DNA of 64,000 bases, taken from positions 1 to 64,000 of the IMG/VR virus record IMGVR_UViG_3300028646_000003. One strand, 5' to 3'. This DNA is from an uncultured virus (IMG/VR IMGVR_UViG_3300028646_000003) (lineage: Duplodnaviria > Heunggongvirae > Uroviricota > Caudoviricetes). Shown here one piece after another: positions 39,997 through 50,281 of this stretch. Numbering within the stretch: position 1 is the stretch's first letter; each line of letters begins with the position of its first letter. Both the position numbers and the translations under genes were made by a program. The notes beneath the pieces were generated by a model. The model was given only the letters and a program-made list of their open reading frames with translations. It made no database searches and was not told the origin of the DNA.

Positions 39997-41550
39997 ATGT
40001 TTACTGACAATGACCAATTCTACCCAACCCCTAAAAACTTAGTTTTTAAAATGTTAGATAAGATATCAGAAATAAGAGGCTTTAAGTACGTTCTCGAGCC
40101 GAGTGCTGGTAAGGGAAATATCATTGAATACTATAAGGAATATTACGATAAACAATATTCTAATAAATTTTGGTCGGGAAATAATAGGGCAGAGAAAGAC
40201 TTAGTATTTGATGTAATAGAATTAGATGAAAACTTAGCAAATCTATTAAGAGGGAAAGGTTACAATCTTGTACATGATGATTTTCTTACATATGATCCAC
40301 AAAGATTTTATGATTTAATAATTCTAAATCCTCCATTTGAACAAGGAGATAAACATTTTTTACGATGTTTGGAAATTCAAAAACGAATAGGTGGTCAAAT
40401 TGTAGGTTTGTTAAATGCAGAAACCATAAAAAATCCATATAGTAATACAAGAAAAGAATTAATAAATCAAATACAACAATACAATGGAAAAATAGAATAT
40501 ATTCAAAACGCCTTTAGTGATTCAGAACGAAAAACAGATGTAGAAACTGCTTTAATATACATAAATGTTCCAATGCAAAAAGATGAATCTATATTTGAAA
40601 GACATTTTAAAAGAGATAATCCTGATATAGATGTTGATAATTTTCAAGCATTACTTCCCCAAATGACAAAACTTCAATCTTTAGTATTAGAGTGTGATAT
40701 GGTTAAAAAAGCAACTACAGAATTATTTAAAGAAAAAATGAAAATAAATAAATTATTAAATGGGTTTGGAATAAGTTCTGGTGTTAGCATATGTGATGAT
40801 ACATCGACTCCTAAACAATTATCAATCAATGACTATTTAGACAAGACTAATTTACAATATTGGAACAAATTTATAGAAGAAACTGATTTTAAAAAGAAAT
40901 TACCATCTAAATTAAGAGATAATTTTAATTGCAATATGGAAAAACAAAGAAATATATCTTTTAACATGAATAATATTCACTATTTCTATGAACAATTAAT
41001 ACAAGCTATTCCAAAAAGTTATGAAGAAACTGTTGCAAAAGTTTTTGAAGATCTCACTTATAAGGGGTATTATTCAGATTCAACATGGAATAGCAATATT
41101 TATTTATACAGTGGTTGGAAAACTAATAGTTGTTATAAGATAAATAAGAAATCAATTATAAGATACTATGGAGATTATTTATATAGAGTTCCCGATACAT
41201 TAAAAGATTTAAATATCATCTTCAATAACATACAAGGCGATAGTTATGATATAGACAATAGAGATATAATAGAATCTATTAAAAAATGTGAAAAGAATAT
41301 TGATACACCTCACTTTTATTTATCGAGTTTTAAAAAGGGTACAATTCACATAGTATATAAAGATAAAAGAGCATTAGAGATTTTTAATATTTTAGCAGGA
41401 AAGGGCTTAAACGCATTACCTCCAGACTTTGGGCAAAAGAAATATTCAGACATGAACGAAGAAGAAAAACAATTAGTTAAAGATTTTGATTTGACAGTAC
41501 AGGAATATAATGGATTAGGTATAACAAATAATTATTTAAGATTAGAATAA
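39997..41550 (+). CDS. SAM-dependent N6-adenine-type DNA methyltransferase (DUF4942-like C-terminus)
   Basis: QFYPTP, motif I LEPSAGKG and motif IV ILNPPF; FKKGTIHI near the C-terminus. Confidence 0.8.
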   Translation: MFTDNDQFYPTPKNLVFKMLDKISEIRGFKYVLEPSAGKGNIIEYYKEYYDKQYSNKFWSGNNRAEKDLVFDVIELDENLANLLRGKGYNLVHDDFLTYDPQRFYDLIILNPPFEQGDKHFLRCLEIQKRIGGQIVGLLNAETIKNPYSNTRKELINQIQQYNGKIEYIQNAFSDSERKTDVETALIYINVPMQKDESIFERHFKRDNPDIDVDNFQALLPQMTKLQSLVLECDMVKKATTELFKEKMKINKLLNGFGISSGVSICDDTSTPKQLSINDYLDKTNLQYWNKFIEETDFKKKLPSKLRDNFNCNMEKQRNISFNMNNIHYFYEQLIQAIPKSYEETVAKVFEDLTYKGYYSDSTWNSNIYLYSGWKTNSCYKINKKSIIRYYGDYLYRVPDTLKDLNIIFNNIQGDSYDIDNRDIIESIKKCEKNIDTPHFYLSSFKKGTIHIVYKDKRALEIFNILAGKGLNALPPDFGQKKYSDMNEEEKQLVKDFDLTVQEYNGLGITNNYLRLE

Positions 41551-41580
41551 AATATTTCAACAAATTAATATATTAATGTG

Positions 41581-41609
41581 TTGACAAAAGAATCCAAATA
41601 TATTATTAT
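41581..41609 (+). promoter_or_regulatory. sigmaA-type promoter
   Basis: TTGACA-17 bp-TATTAT; AACAAATTAATAT at 41559-41571. Confidence 0.65.
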
Positions 41610-41698
41610 ATACATATGGACACAAATAAGTTCCAATTAATGAAATAGATATAAAAATAATACATAAATAATAAATTAAATAAATGGAGGTAGATTAA

Positions 41699-41851
41699 AT
41701 GTTGAAAAATGAATTTAAGAATACTGGTGAACTAGGTTTGGAAGATATATATAACTATAATGATTGGACGTATTCATTAGAATATATGGAAATGGCAAAG
41801 GCTTATAATCTACAAGAAGATAAAAAATGTGAATTAAAAGAAGCTATTTGA
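41699..41851 (+). CDS. small hypothetical protein (50 aa)
   Basis: RBS GGAGGT; MLKNEFKNTGELG.. Confidence 0.55.
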   Translation: MLKNEFKNTGELGLEDIYNYNDWTYSLEYMEMAKAYNLQEDKKCELKEAI

Positions 41852-41896
41852 CAAATTAATGTAAATTATAAATTAAAATATAATAATGAAGGAGAT

Positions 41897-43195
41897 ATGA
41901 AAATGGAAAAAGTAATAAGAATTATAAATAAATTAGAAAGTACAAGTAGTTCAAATGATAAAATATCAATAATACAACAGAATAAAGATAATGAAGACTT
42001 TACTAAAATATTATATTATACATACAATGATAGTCTTCAGTTTGGATTCAGCGAGAAGAAACTTAGAGAATTACTAAAGAGCTATTTAGAAAATTCAACA
42101 TTCTATGTAGGACATTTATGGATTAATGGATTTGAAATGCTTGATACACTTTCAAAATCAAATATCAATGATAGCCTACGAAAAGAAGTTTTAGAATTTT
42201 TATCAAATTGTGATTACGAAGAACAAGAACTATGGATTAAGGTACTTACCAAGGATTTAAGATGTAATATATCAGGGAAAAGCATAAATAAGGCTATCAA
42301 AGGATTAATACCAGAATTTAATATCCAACAAGCATATCCGATTCATAAATATCCATTAAAGAAAGGCACTTGGATTTGTTTAGAAGAAAAACTTAATGGT
42401 ATAAATTGTTCATACGTAAATGGAATAATGTTAAGTAGGCAAGGTAAAGAGATATCAAACTTAGATCATATAATTAAACAATTAGAACAACTAAGTTTTG
42501 AAGGATACTATTTCAATGGAGAATTAGTTAGAAAGAATATAGACAATATTTCAAATGGTGAGAACTTTAGATTAACAACTTCAATCGTAAATTCAGATGT
42601 GGAAGATAAAACTATGATAGATTTAATTGTATTTGATTTATTACCTATAGATGAATTCTTTGCAGGAAAAAGCAAATTGAAATATAAAGATAGGCTAAAA
42701 CAATTAAGACAATTAAAAGCAGATGCAGTTGAAAAGGGACTAGCTAATTTGGATATACCAATTGTATATTATGAAGGAACAGACATATCTGTGGTAGATG
42801 AATATTTAGATTTAGCAATATCACAAGATAAAGAAGGTTGTATGGCTATAAAGGATTGTGAATGGAAAAATAAACGTCACAATGGCATATTAAAGATTAA
42901 AAAGTTTATGACTGCTGATTGTAAAATAATTAATTATGCAGAAGGAGAAGGAAAATATAAAGGAGTTTTAGGTTCTTTTATAATAGATTATAAAGGTAAT
43001 TAAGTTTCTGTTGGTTCAGGCTATTCAGATGAACAACGTCAAGAATATTGGACAAACCGTGATAAATACATAGGTAGAATTTTAGAGGTTAAGTATAAAG
43101 AAGAAACTATGGATAAGAAAACCAAGTTAATAAGTTTACAATTTCCAACCTTTGTGTGTATTAGAGAAGAAGGAAAACAAATAAGCTATAATTAA
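41897..43195 (+). pseudogene. ATP-dependent DNA ligase with an in-frame TAA at 43001-43003
   Basis: Motifs EEKLNG, NGELV, VFDLL, EGCM and LKIKK. The same frame continues after the stop with OB-fold sequence VSVGSGYSDEQR..ILEVKY..SLQFPTFVCIRE to TAA 43195. Confidence 0.85.
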
Positions 43196-43212
43196 AAAAG
43201 AGGTGATTAAAT

Positions 43213-43488
43213 ATGAGTGGAATTTCATGGAATGAAGTAGGTATGACTACTAAAAAGGTATTTAAATATTTAGATTCAATTGATTTATTACCTTATATAA
43301 ACGAATTCAAAGAAAAAGACTTATACGATTTAATGGAAAAATTAGAAGAGATTTATGACTATAAAGATGAATTTTCTGAGACACTTTTTGATTATATAAA
43401 AGTTAGTGAATTCGCTGAATATCTAAACAAAAGATATAATTTAAATATAAAAGAAACTGAAATAATAAGTTCTTACTATTATATTTAA
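43213..43488 (+). CDS. hypothetical protein
   Basis: RBS GAGGTG. Confidence 0.6.
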   Translation: MSGISWNEVGMTTKKVFKYLDSIDLLPYINEFKEKDLYDLMEKLEEIYDYKDEFSETLFDYIKVSEFAEYLNKRYNLNIKETEIISSYYYI

Positions 43489-43904
43489 CAATAGTAAAAT
43501 AACAGAGCCAAATAAAAGTTAAATTTTAAATAAATAAAATAGTACGTTTTGTGCAGAAATCACGAATTATAGGAGGGATAAATACAATGTATACATTATG
43601 CTTAATAAATGGTTATAACTATCACTATTTTAATGACAAACTACTTAGCATAAGTAAAAATAATTGGGTACTTAATATATTATAAAAGGGTGGAAGATGC
43701 AATGGATACAGGAAAAGCTATGGCGATTATAAAAGAAAAAGCAACAATAATAGGATTCCTTGATTTCTAGGTACATGAAAATGTCCTTGATAGAGAAAAT
43801 GCCGACAATTTAAAACAGTATTTAGAATGGTTAGCTAAACAAATTTAGTTCGCAATGCTAATAAATCAAATAAAAATAATGAGGGTAAAGGGGATATATT
43901 AAAA

Positions 43905-44192
43905 ATGAATAATTCATGTAAACAAATTGAAGTAGAATATCAAAACCCAACAATAATGGACTTAATGGCTGAAATTGACAGGCTTACACAGGAATTATCA
44001 GAAGTTAAGGCTGAGAATTATATGTTGAGAAATGACAATATATTATTACATAATAGTATTGAACAAAAATATGAAGAAAGTTCACAAGAAGAAGGTGATC
44101 TAAGTATGCTAGAAGAATATGAAGACAAATATTTAACTGATGTAGACGCATATTTAGAAGCTTTTGATAATATTAGTTTAACAAGGTTATAA
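43905..44192 (+). CDS. coiled-coil hypothetical protein
   Basis: 95 aa ORF. Confidence 0.6.
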   Translation: MNNSCKQIEVEYQNPTIMDLMAEIDRLTQELSEVKAENYMLRNDNILLHNSIEQKYEESSQEEGDLSMLEEYEDKYLTDVDAYLEAFDNISLTRL

Positions 44193-44238
44193 ACAAATTA
44201 ATATATAAAGTAATAATAAGAATGGAGAATGAAAGAAT

Positions 44239-44730
44239 ATGATAAGTAATTATGAAGTTCAATATATGAATATAGTTAAAAATATAATAGAATATGGATA
44301 CTACGATAATAATAGAACAGGTATGCCAACATATAAACTACCACATCAAATAATACAAGTGGATTTACAAAAGGAGTTTCCTATATTAAAAACTAAACAG
44401 GTGGCTTTTAAAACAGCTACAAAAGAAATGTTATGGATATGGCAACAACAGTCAAATGATGTTACATTATTACAAAATCAAAATGTTCATATTTGGGATG
44501 AATGGGTTGATAAGAATAATACTATAGGAAAAGCTTATGGGTATCAAATAGCAAAATATAAACAACTTGATAAACTTATTGAAACTTTAAAAACTAATCC
44601 ACAAGATAGAAGAATGATTATTTCTTTATGGAATATTGAAGATTTACCAGAAATGCAATTACAACCTTGTTGTTATCAAACTATTTGGGATGTGACAGAT
44701 GGTAAACTGAATTGTATGCTTATACAACGT
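44239..44730 (+). CDS. thyA: thymidylate synthase, exon 1
   Basis: NRTG, FPILKTK, IWDEW, YGYQ and LQPC motifs; ends IQR (CGT). Confidence 0.93.
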
Positions 44731-45925
44731 TTGTAAAAGAGCGTCTTTAGGTAGTAATACCTATCGAAAACCCTGTTAAACGGGGAAACTCTTATATTTA
44801 TAAGACAATCCCGTACTAAATATTATTATTTGTGTTATTAAAATAAAAAGGAGGTGAATAAATAATGATAGGAACGTATTTTATAAAAAATTTACTTAAT
44901 AATAAATTTTATGTAGGTCATTCAGTTAATATAAATCAAAGATTTAATTCTCATAAGTCAGCACTAAGAAAAAATAAACATCATAATAAGCACTTGCAAA
45001 GAGCGTGGAATAAATATGGTGAAAATAATTTTGAATTTGAAATCTATAAAATTTGTAATACAGAAATTGAAAGTATAGAAATTGAACAATATTATATAGA
45101 TAATTATAAAGATATGTTATATAACATATCTAAAAAGGCTAAAGATGGTGGTGATTTGTTATCGTATCATCCCAATAAGAAACTAATTATAGAAAAAGGA
45201 TTAGAAACTAGAAAAGAAAATATGTCTAAAATGTCAAAAGAAGAACTAAGCAATACATACGGAAGAAAAGGAGAAGATAATGGAATGTATGGCAGACATC
45301 ATTCTGAAAAATCGAAAAATAAAATTTCTCAAAAAAACACAGGTGCTTATCGAGACATAAAAGGAAAAACTTATTATGAGTTCTTTGGAGAAGAAAAGGC
45401 TGTCGAAATTAAAAATAACTTATCTGATAAAGCAAAATTAAAAATTGGAGAATTAAATAGTTTTTATGGGAAACATCACTCTGAGGAATCGAAAAATAAA
45501 ATTAGAGAAAAACAATTAGGAAAGAAACCTCCTAACATGAAAAAAGTAAAAATAGAAGAAGATGAATACGAAAGTCTAACCGAAGCTTCTAGACAACTAG
45601 GGGTGACACCTACAACAATATTAAATAGAATAAAATCAAAAAACTTTCCTAATTATTATTACATATAAAAACACAAATAATAATTAAATGTCTAACGACT
45701 ATCGAAAGCATGTTTGATAAATATAAAAGGTTATTAAATAGAAGCGAGTAGAGTACCCCTCAAGTTATTGGAGGTTGCATAATGCAAGGTGACGGGAAAA
45801 GCAGGGAATCCTATCTGAAATACTAATAGGATTGTGATATAGTCTTTTCTATATAGTAATATATAGCAGTTTCAATTAATGGAGTTGAAACGGGTAAGGT
45901 TTAACGAACCTTATTGAAAATAGAG
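44731..45925 (+). mobile_element. group I intron in thyA
   Basis: P1 is ACGU|UU pairing with GAGCGU (U.G at the splice site). Core elements AAACGGGGAA, AATCCCGTACTAA, AACGACTATC and GATATAGTCT are present. Terminal G is 45925. Splicing restores QR-SGD. Confidence 0.88.
44865..45668 (+). CDS. intron-encoded GIY-YIG homing endonuclease with NUMOD3 repeats
   Basis: GTY..FYVGHS..R..H..E..YN and two YG(R/K)HHSE(K/E)SK repeats. Flanked by the inverted repeat ATTATTATTTGTGTT/AACACAAATAATAAT. Confidence 0.9.
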   Translation: MIGTYFIKNLLNNKFYVGHSVNINQRFNSHKSALRKNKHHNKHLQRAWNKYGENNFEFEIYKICNTEIESIEIEQYYIDNYKDMLYNISKKAKDGGDLLSYHPNKKLIIEKGLETRKENMSKMSKEELSNTYGRKGEDNGMYGRHHSEKSKNKISQKNTGAYRDIKGKTYYEFFGEEKAVEIKNNLSDKAKLKIGELNSFYGKHHSEESKNKIREKQLGKKPPNMKKVKIEEDEYESLTEASRQLGVTPTTILNRIKSKNFPNYYYI

Positions 45926-46315
45926 TCAGGAGACATTCCATTGGGCGTTCCCTTTAATACAACGCAATATGCAGTTTTAACTCATATGATTGCACAAGCT
46001 ACTGGATTACAAGTAGGGCAACTTACTCATATTATAAATAATGCTCATATCTATGAAAATCAAATTGAAGGCATGAGAGAACAATTAGAAAGATATGAGA
46101 GGTTACAAAGTTGTGTATATAATTATGATACTTATAATGAATATTATAAAGATATAACGCACGAAGAATATAGTAAATTACAAGATATTTATTCTATAAC
46201 CCCTAAACTAAAATTAAATCCTGACATAACTAATTTTTATGACTTCACCATAGACGGTATTGCTTTAGAAGATTATAAAAATATGGGAATTATTAAAATG
46301 AAAGTGAGTGTATAG
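45926..46315 (+). CDS. thyA: thymidylate synthase, exon 2
   Basis: [11 protein letters not shown] and AHIYENQ motifs. Confidence 0.93.
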   Translation, partial: SGDIPLGVPFNTTQYAVLTHMIAQATGLQVGQLTHIINNAHIYENQIEGMREQLERYERLQSCVYNYDTYNEYYKDITHEEYSKLQDIYSITPKLKLNPDITNFYDFTIDGIALEDYKNMGIIKMKVSV

Positions 46316-46790
46316 AATGTTATCTATTATAGTAGCTATTGATCTTAACGGTGGAATTGGAAATAACAATGAATTATTGTTTCACGTTAAAGAAGATATG
46401 AGAAGATTTAAAGAATTAACTACGAATCACAAAGTAATTATGGGCAGAAAAACATTTGAAAGTTTGCCGAATGGTGCATTACCTAATAGAACAAATATAG
46501 TGTTAAGTCGTTCTAAAATGGGACTAGATGAGGAATTAGACATATGCTATATGAATATTGATATGGTTCTAGAAGAGTATAGAGATTCAAATGAAGAAGT
46601 GTTCATTATAGGTGGAGGAGAGATATACAGCCAATTATTGCCTTATTGCAATAAGATTTATTTAACTATCGGATTTGGAGAATTTGAAGCTGATACATTC
46701 TTTAATTTTAATAAAGATGAGTGGGAGATAGATGGATTATCTACAATGCACAATACATTTGCTTTTTACAATTATAAGAGAAAGGAGTAA
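46308..46790 (+). CDS. dfrA: dihydrofolate reductase
   Basis: [40 protein letters not shown] and DTFF motifs. Confidence 0.93.
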   Translation: MYRMLSIIVAIDLNGGIGNNNELLFHVKEDMRRFKELTTNHKVIMGRKTFESLPNGALPNRTNIVLSRSKMGLDEELDICYMNIDMVLEEYRDSNEEVFIIGGGEIYSQLLPYCNKIYLTIGFGEFEADTFFNFNKDEWEIDGLSTMHNTFAFYNYKRKE

Positions 46791-46796
46791 ATACAA

Positions 46797-47168
46797 GTGG
46801 CTGATTATAATGAAATAATAAATGATCTAATTGAATTATTGCACAAGATAGACGTATTTAAAACAAGAGCTGAAAAATATTATAGTGAGTGTGCTGACAA
46901 CATGGAATTGGGTGAAATATATGCTTATAAACAATCTGGTAAATTAGTATCTGAACTATTAGAAAAATATAAAAGTGCTAATATATCAATAAACGACTAT
47001 ACCATAACTAAATTAGCTAAAACTAAAACAATGCAAGAAATAATAGACACTATAGGTTCTGAAGTATGTCCTAGTGTATATGGACTTGTAGATTTTAACC
47101 AATACCAATGTGACGAATATAATTGTGAAACTTGTTGGGAATGTGCTTTAAGGGATTCAGGTATTTAA
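46797..47168 (+). CDS. hypothetical protein with C-terminal Cys cluster
   Basis: CP..C..CETCWEC. Confidence 0.6.
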   Translation: MADYNEIINDLIELLHKIDVFKTRAEKYYSECADNMELGEIYAYKQSGKLVSELLEKYKSANISINDYTITKLAKTKTMQEIIDTIGSEVCPSVYGLVDFNQYQCDEYNCETCWECALRDSGI

Positions 47169-47205
47169 TTTAAAGATGATGTTATATAATTTACACTTCA
47201 CAAAC

Positions 47206-47225
47206 AAACAAATGTTCGATATAAT
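47206..47225 (+). promoter_or_regulatory. LexA/DinR (SOS) box next to a -10 element
   Basis: AAAC-AAAT-GTTC (near GAAC-N4-GTTC), followed by TATAAT at 47220-47225. Confidence 0.6.
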
Positions 47226-47260
47226 GTTATTATTATATATTGAATAAGGAAGTGCAATTT

Positions 47261-47524
47261 ATGAAGGTTGTAGCGAAAAACATAGAAGTAATAGCTTACT
47301 TTACTGAAGAAGGGAAGATAACTCCTTTAAAGTTTAGGATTAAAAATGAAAATGGTGAATATCAAACTATAAAAATAGAAAAAGTTGTAGATACTAAGCT
47401 CGAAAGACTTTGTGGCAACAATGCAAAAGTATTTACATGTCAAAGCAATATTGATGGGATAGTGAAAATATATGAAATAAAATTCATAATAGAAAGTAGT
47501 AATTGGATACTATTTAAAATTTAA
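47261..47524 (+). CDS. small conserved hypothetical protein, putatively SOS-regulated
   Basis: ATG 47261 after AAGGAAG; MKVVAKNIEVIAYF..PLKFR.. Confidence 0.65.
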   Translation: MKVVAKNIEVIAYFTEEGKITPLKFRIKNENGEYQTIKIEKVVDTKLERLCGNNAKVFTCQSNIDGIVKIYEIKFIIESSNWILFKI

Positions 47525-47606
47525 AATAATAATGAATAATATCCAATACATAGGTCATACTATTATTATAAACCATTGCTTTAGGAAAACTAAAAAATGA
47601 AAAAAA

Positions 47607-47684
47607 TAAGGGAGTCTAAATATAGATTAGATACTAATTGCAAATTAATGCAAAAAATATTTAAATTATATTTAGACTCCCTTA
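47607..47684. terminator. long inverted repeat at the convergence of the two gene blocks
   Basis: TAAGGGAGTCTAAATATA ... TATATTTAGACTCCCTTA. Confidence 0.55.
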
Positions 47685-47956
47685 AAATTGTAATTATTTA
47701 CCTCATAACGACATGTTGCTTATCCGATTTTCGTATGTTATTATTAGATTGGAACTAATTTAGTGGTATTTTCAAGCGATATTACTATAAAAAGAAGTGG
47801 CTTATAAATTTAAGTTGCTTCTTTTTATTTGAACTTTAATTTATTTTTAAATGTGTATTGACTTTGATTGAAATAGTGATATAATTGTTTTATGGATATA
47901 TTTTGTTTGTTATTATATGTCCTAAAGGTGAGATTACTTGAGAAAGTAGTCTCTTT

Positions 47957-48325
47957 TTATTTTAATCCAAGATATGTTAAAATTCCACCAACAATCATAG
48001 ATGCTATAACCCAAAATTGTTTAGTATTATAAAATTTCATTTCATTATTTATTTTATTACTTTCAGTTTTTATTCTTTCTTCTTGAGATTCTTTTGCCTT
48101 AAAGTAATCAAACATTTCTTTGGTAAAGTTATTTAATGTATTTTGTTGTTTTTCAGACTGCTTCATTTGATCTTTTGACTGTTCTGCCATTAATAGTTTA
48201 ATTTCTGCTTGAGAGCGTGAAATCCCAGCTAATTCTAACCTTTGTTCAACATCACTTTCCTCAAGTCTTCTTAGTCTTGCTTCATGGTCTGATAATTGTT
48301 TGTCTATGTAATTATTTTCGTCCAT
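47957..48325 (-). CDS. coiled-coil protein with C-terminal TM (XhlA/holin-like)
   Basis: DHEARLRRLE and a C-terminal hydrophobic helix. Confidence 0.55.
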   Translation of the reverse strand: MDENNYIDKQLSDHEARLRRLEESDVEQRLELAGISRSQAEIKLLMAEQSKDQMKQSEKQQNTLNNFTKEMFDYFKAKESQEERIKTESNKINNEMKFYNTKQFWVIASMIVGGILTYLGLK

Positions 48326-48629
48326 ATATATTCCTCCTCAAAATTTTAATTTATTTATTCATTGTTAACACATTCCTTTTCTTTAAGATTAGTGAATTAT
48401 AATATATTGATTTATATAAAGAGTATAATTATTTTTAATTTTGGTTATTATAACAGAGTAGAATTGATTATTGATTTAGAGTGTTGTTCTTTGGTAATTG
48501 ATTCTACAATATTTTAACCTTTTATATTTTAAATTGATAGATAATAGATACTGATAAAACCTAATCTTGTGGATTTTAATAGTTTCGATGAGGTTAGGTT
48601 TTATTGCTATTTGTTTTTTATTTTTGCTA

Positions 48630-48656
48630 TTGTAATCATTTAAAAGAGTGGTTTTA
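48630..48656 (-). repeat. composite-repeat core directly downstream of the recombinase
   Basis: The minus strand reads TAAAA-CCACTC-TTTTA-AATGATTA, the same flank as the 38336 copy, 8 bp after the recombinase stop. Confidence 0.55.
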
Positions 48657-48663
48657 AAAGGAG

Positions 48664-49632
48664 TTAAATATCAAACTTTAGCATTTCTTGTTTTAAAGAT
48701 TCGGTATCTTCTTGCAAATAAAAATCTTTTGTTACACCCGTTGATCTATGGGATAACGCCTTCGAGACTGCTTCTAGACTCATACCTGCTTTATATCTAA
48801 GGTCACTGCCACTATGTCTTAAATCATGCATGGATAATTCAGGTTCATTGATAATAGCCCCTATTTGTTTTATCCATGTACTTTTAAATTGTCCAACTGA
48901 AGCTTGTCTCCACCCATTATAATTAGTAACAAATAAATGCTCACATTCAATTCCTTTTTCTTTTCTTTCATTCAACCATTGTTTAATTAATTCTATACAT
49001 CTATCATTGAGATTGAACGTAATAGAATATCCTTCTTTTTCGATTACATCTCTTATAACCCTATTTTCTAAGTCAATCTGGTCTAATCTAATAGTAGATA
49101 TAGCATTAACTCTAGCCATAGTAAATAACCCTAATTCAAATACTAATGTTAATTGAGTATTATTTCTTTCTTTTAATCCTTCTCTTATCGTTTCTACTTG
49201 TTCTTGTGTTAGAAATACTCTTTTTATTTCATAAACTCCTTTTTGAGCTTTAGGTCTTTCTAATAAATCTACTACATTTTCTTTGATTTTTCTTTTCTTT
49301 TTATAATATAGATATAATGATGAGATACTAGACAGTCTACGTTGCATACGTCTATCTTTATTTTCAAATACGCTTTGACATAGTGCAAGAAAATCTTCAA
49401 CAACATCTGCCATTTCCTCAGTTTCAAAATCAAATATGTATTTATTATCATAATTTTTTAATATAAAAACAAAGAATTGGTTTATATCTGAAGTATATGA
49501 ATTCTTAGAGGACTCAGCTAACTGTCTTTTCCCATTAAGATATTTCCTCCAAAGTTCTTTATTTTGTGGATTTATTTGTTCTATCAATTTTGGAGTTGTA
49601 TATTGAACATGTTTTCTTTTTTCTTTTGCCAT
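48664..49632 (-). CDS. tyrosine recombinase/integrase
   Basis: ARV (R), EK, HDLRH, LSH and FY; the catalytic set appears intact. Confidence 0.9.
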   Translation of the reverse strand: MAKEKRKHVQYTTPKLIEQINPQNKELWRKYLNGKRQLAESSKNSYTSDINQFFVFILKNYDNKYIFDFETEEMADVVEDFLALCQSVFENKDRRMQRRLSSISSLYLYYKKKRKIKENVVDLLERPKAQKGVYEIKRVFLTQEQVETIREGLKERNNTQLTLVFELGLFTMARVNAISTIRLDQIDLENRVIRDVIEKEGYSITFNLNDRCIELIKQWLNERKEKGIECEHLFVTNYNGWRQASVGQFKSTWIKQIGAIINEPELSMHDLRHSGSDLRYKAGMSLEAVSKALSHRSTGVTKDFYLQEDTESLKQEMLKFDI

Positions 49633-49633
49633 A

Positions 49634-50170
49634 TTATATCAAGTCCTTTCTTAATTGTTTTATTTTGTCTTTTTTTTTACTAACATTCTTATCTTTCTCA
49701 GCTTTTAATTTGTCCCTAACTTCTTTCCTAGCTTTCTTTTCACTTTTCTTTTGTTTAACTAATTCAGTGTACTGTTTCTTTTCTATTTTATCTTCTAAGT
49801 TAAACCATCTGCTATCATATGTAACAATTAATTCAAAACGTGTATCTTGATTTAAGTATTTAAACATCTTTATCTTGCACTTACTTTCATTTGTAATATT
49901 ATAAAGACTACCTTTTACATCAACAACGACTAGTTGACCATCTCTAATAAAGCTCATATCAGAAATATATTCCATTTTACGAATTCCTTTATTTTCGTAG
50001 TGGGAATCTTTAAAGGCTGGCACTAATAAGAAAGGTTTTTGTCTATCTAAATTGTTTATCTCTCCTTTCTCTTGTTGCTTTAATAGTTCATTCCAATATT
50101 TCCATTCTGTTGTGCTGTCGAAAATTCCCCATTTAGGATCATCAACTTTTTTACTTGAATATTTGCCCAT
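49634..50170 (-). CDS. DUF1064-like PD-(D/E)XK nuclease
   Basis: MGKYSSKK..FDSTTE..Q..F..Y.SD..VVDVKG; start ATG at 50170. Confidence 0.75.
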   Translation of the reverse strand: MGKYSSKKVDDPKWGIFDSTTEWKYWNELLKQQEKGEINNLDRQKPFLLVPAFKDSHYENKGIRKMEYISDMSFIRDGQLVVVDVKGSLYNITNESKCKIKMFKYLNQDTRFELIVTYDSRWFNLEDKIEKKQYTELVKQKKSEKKARKEVRDKLKAEKDKNVSKKKDKIKQLRKDLI

Positions 50171-50281
50171 ATCCCCATTCCTTTCTAATTCAATTTTTAT
50201 AATTCCACGCAACAAAAAAGAGCTTGTACAATTCATACAAACTCTAAAAATAATCTAATATTTAATTTTAATATCTTTGGC

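Noticed and set aside
43001..43770. Stop-codon reassignment as an explanation for the in-frame TAA/TAG
   Set aside because: TAA and TAG end many intact genes here and long genes are not fragmented, so isolated mutations or errors are more likely.
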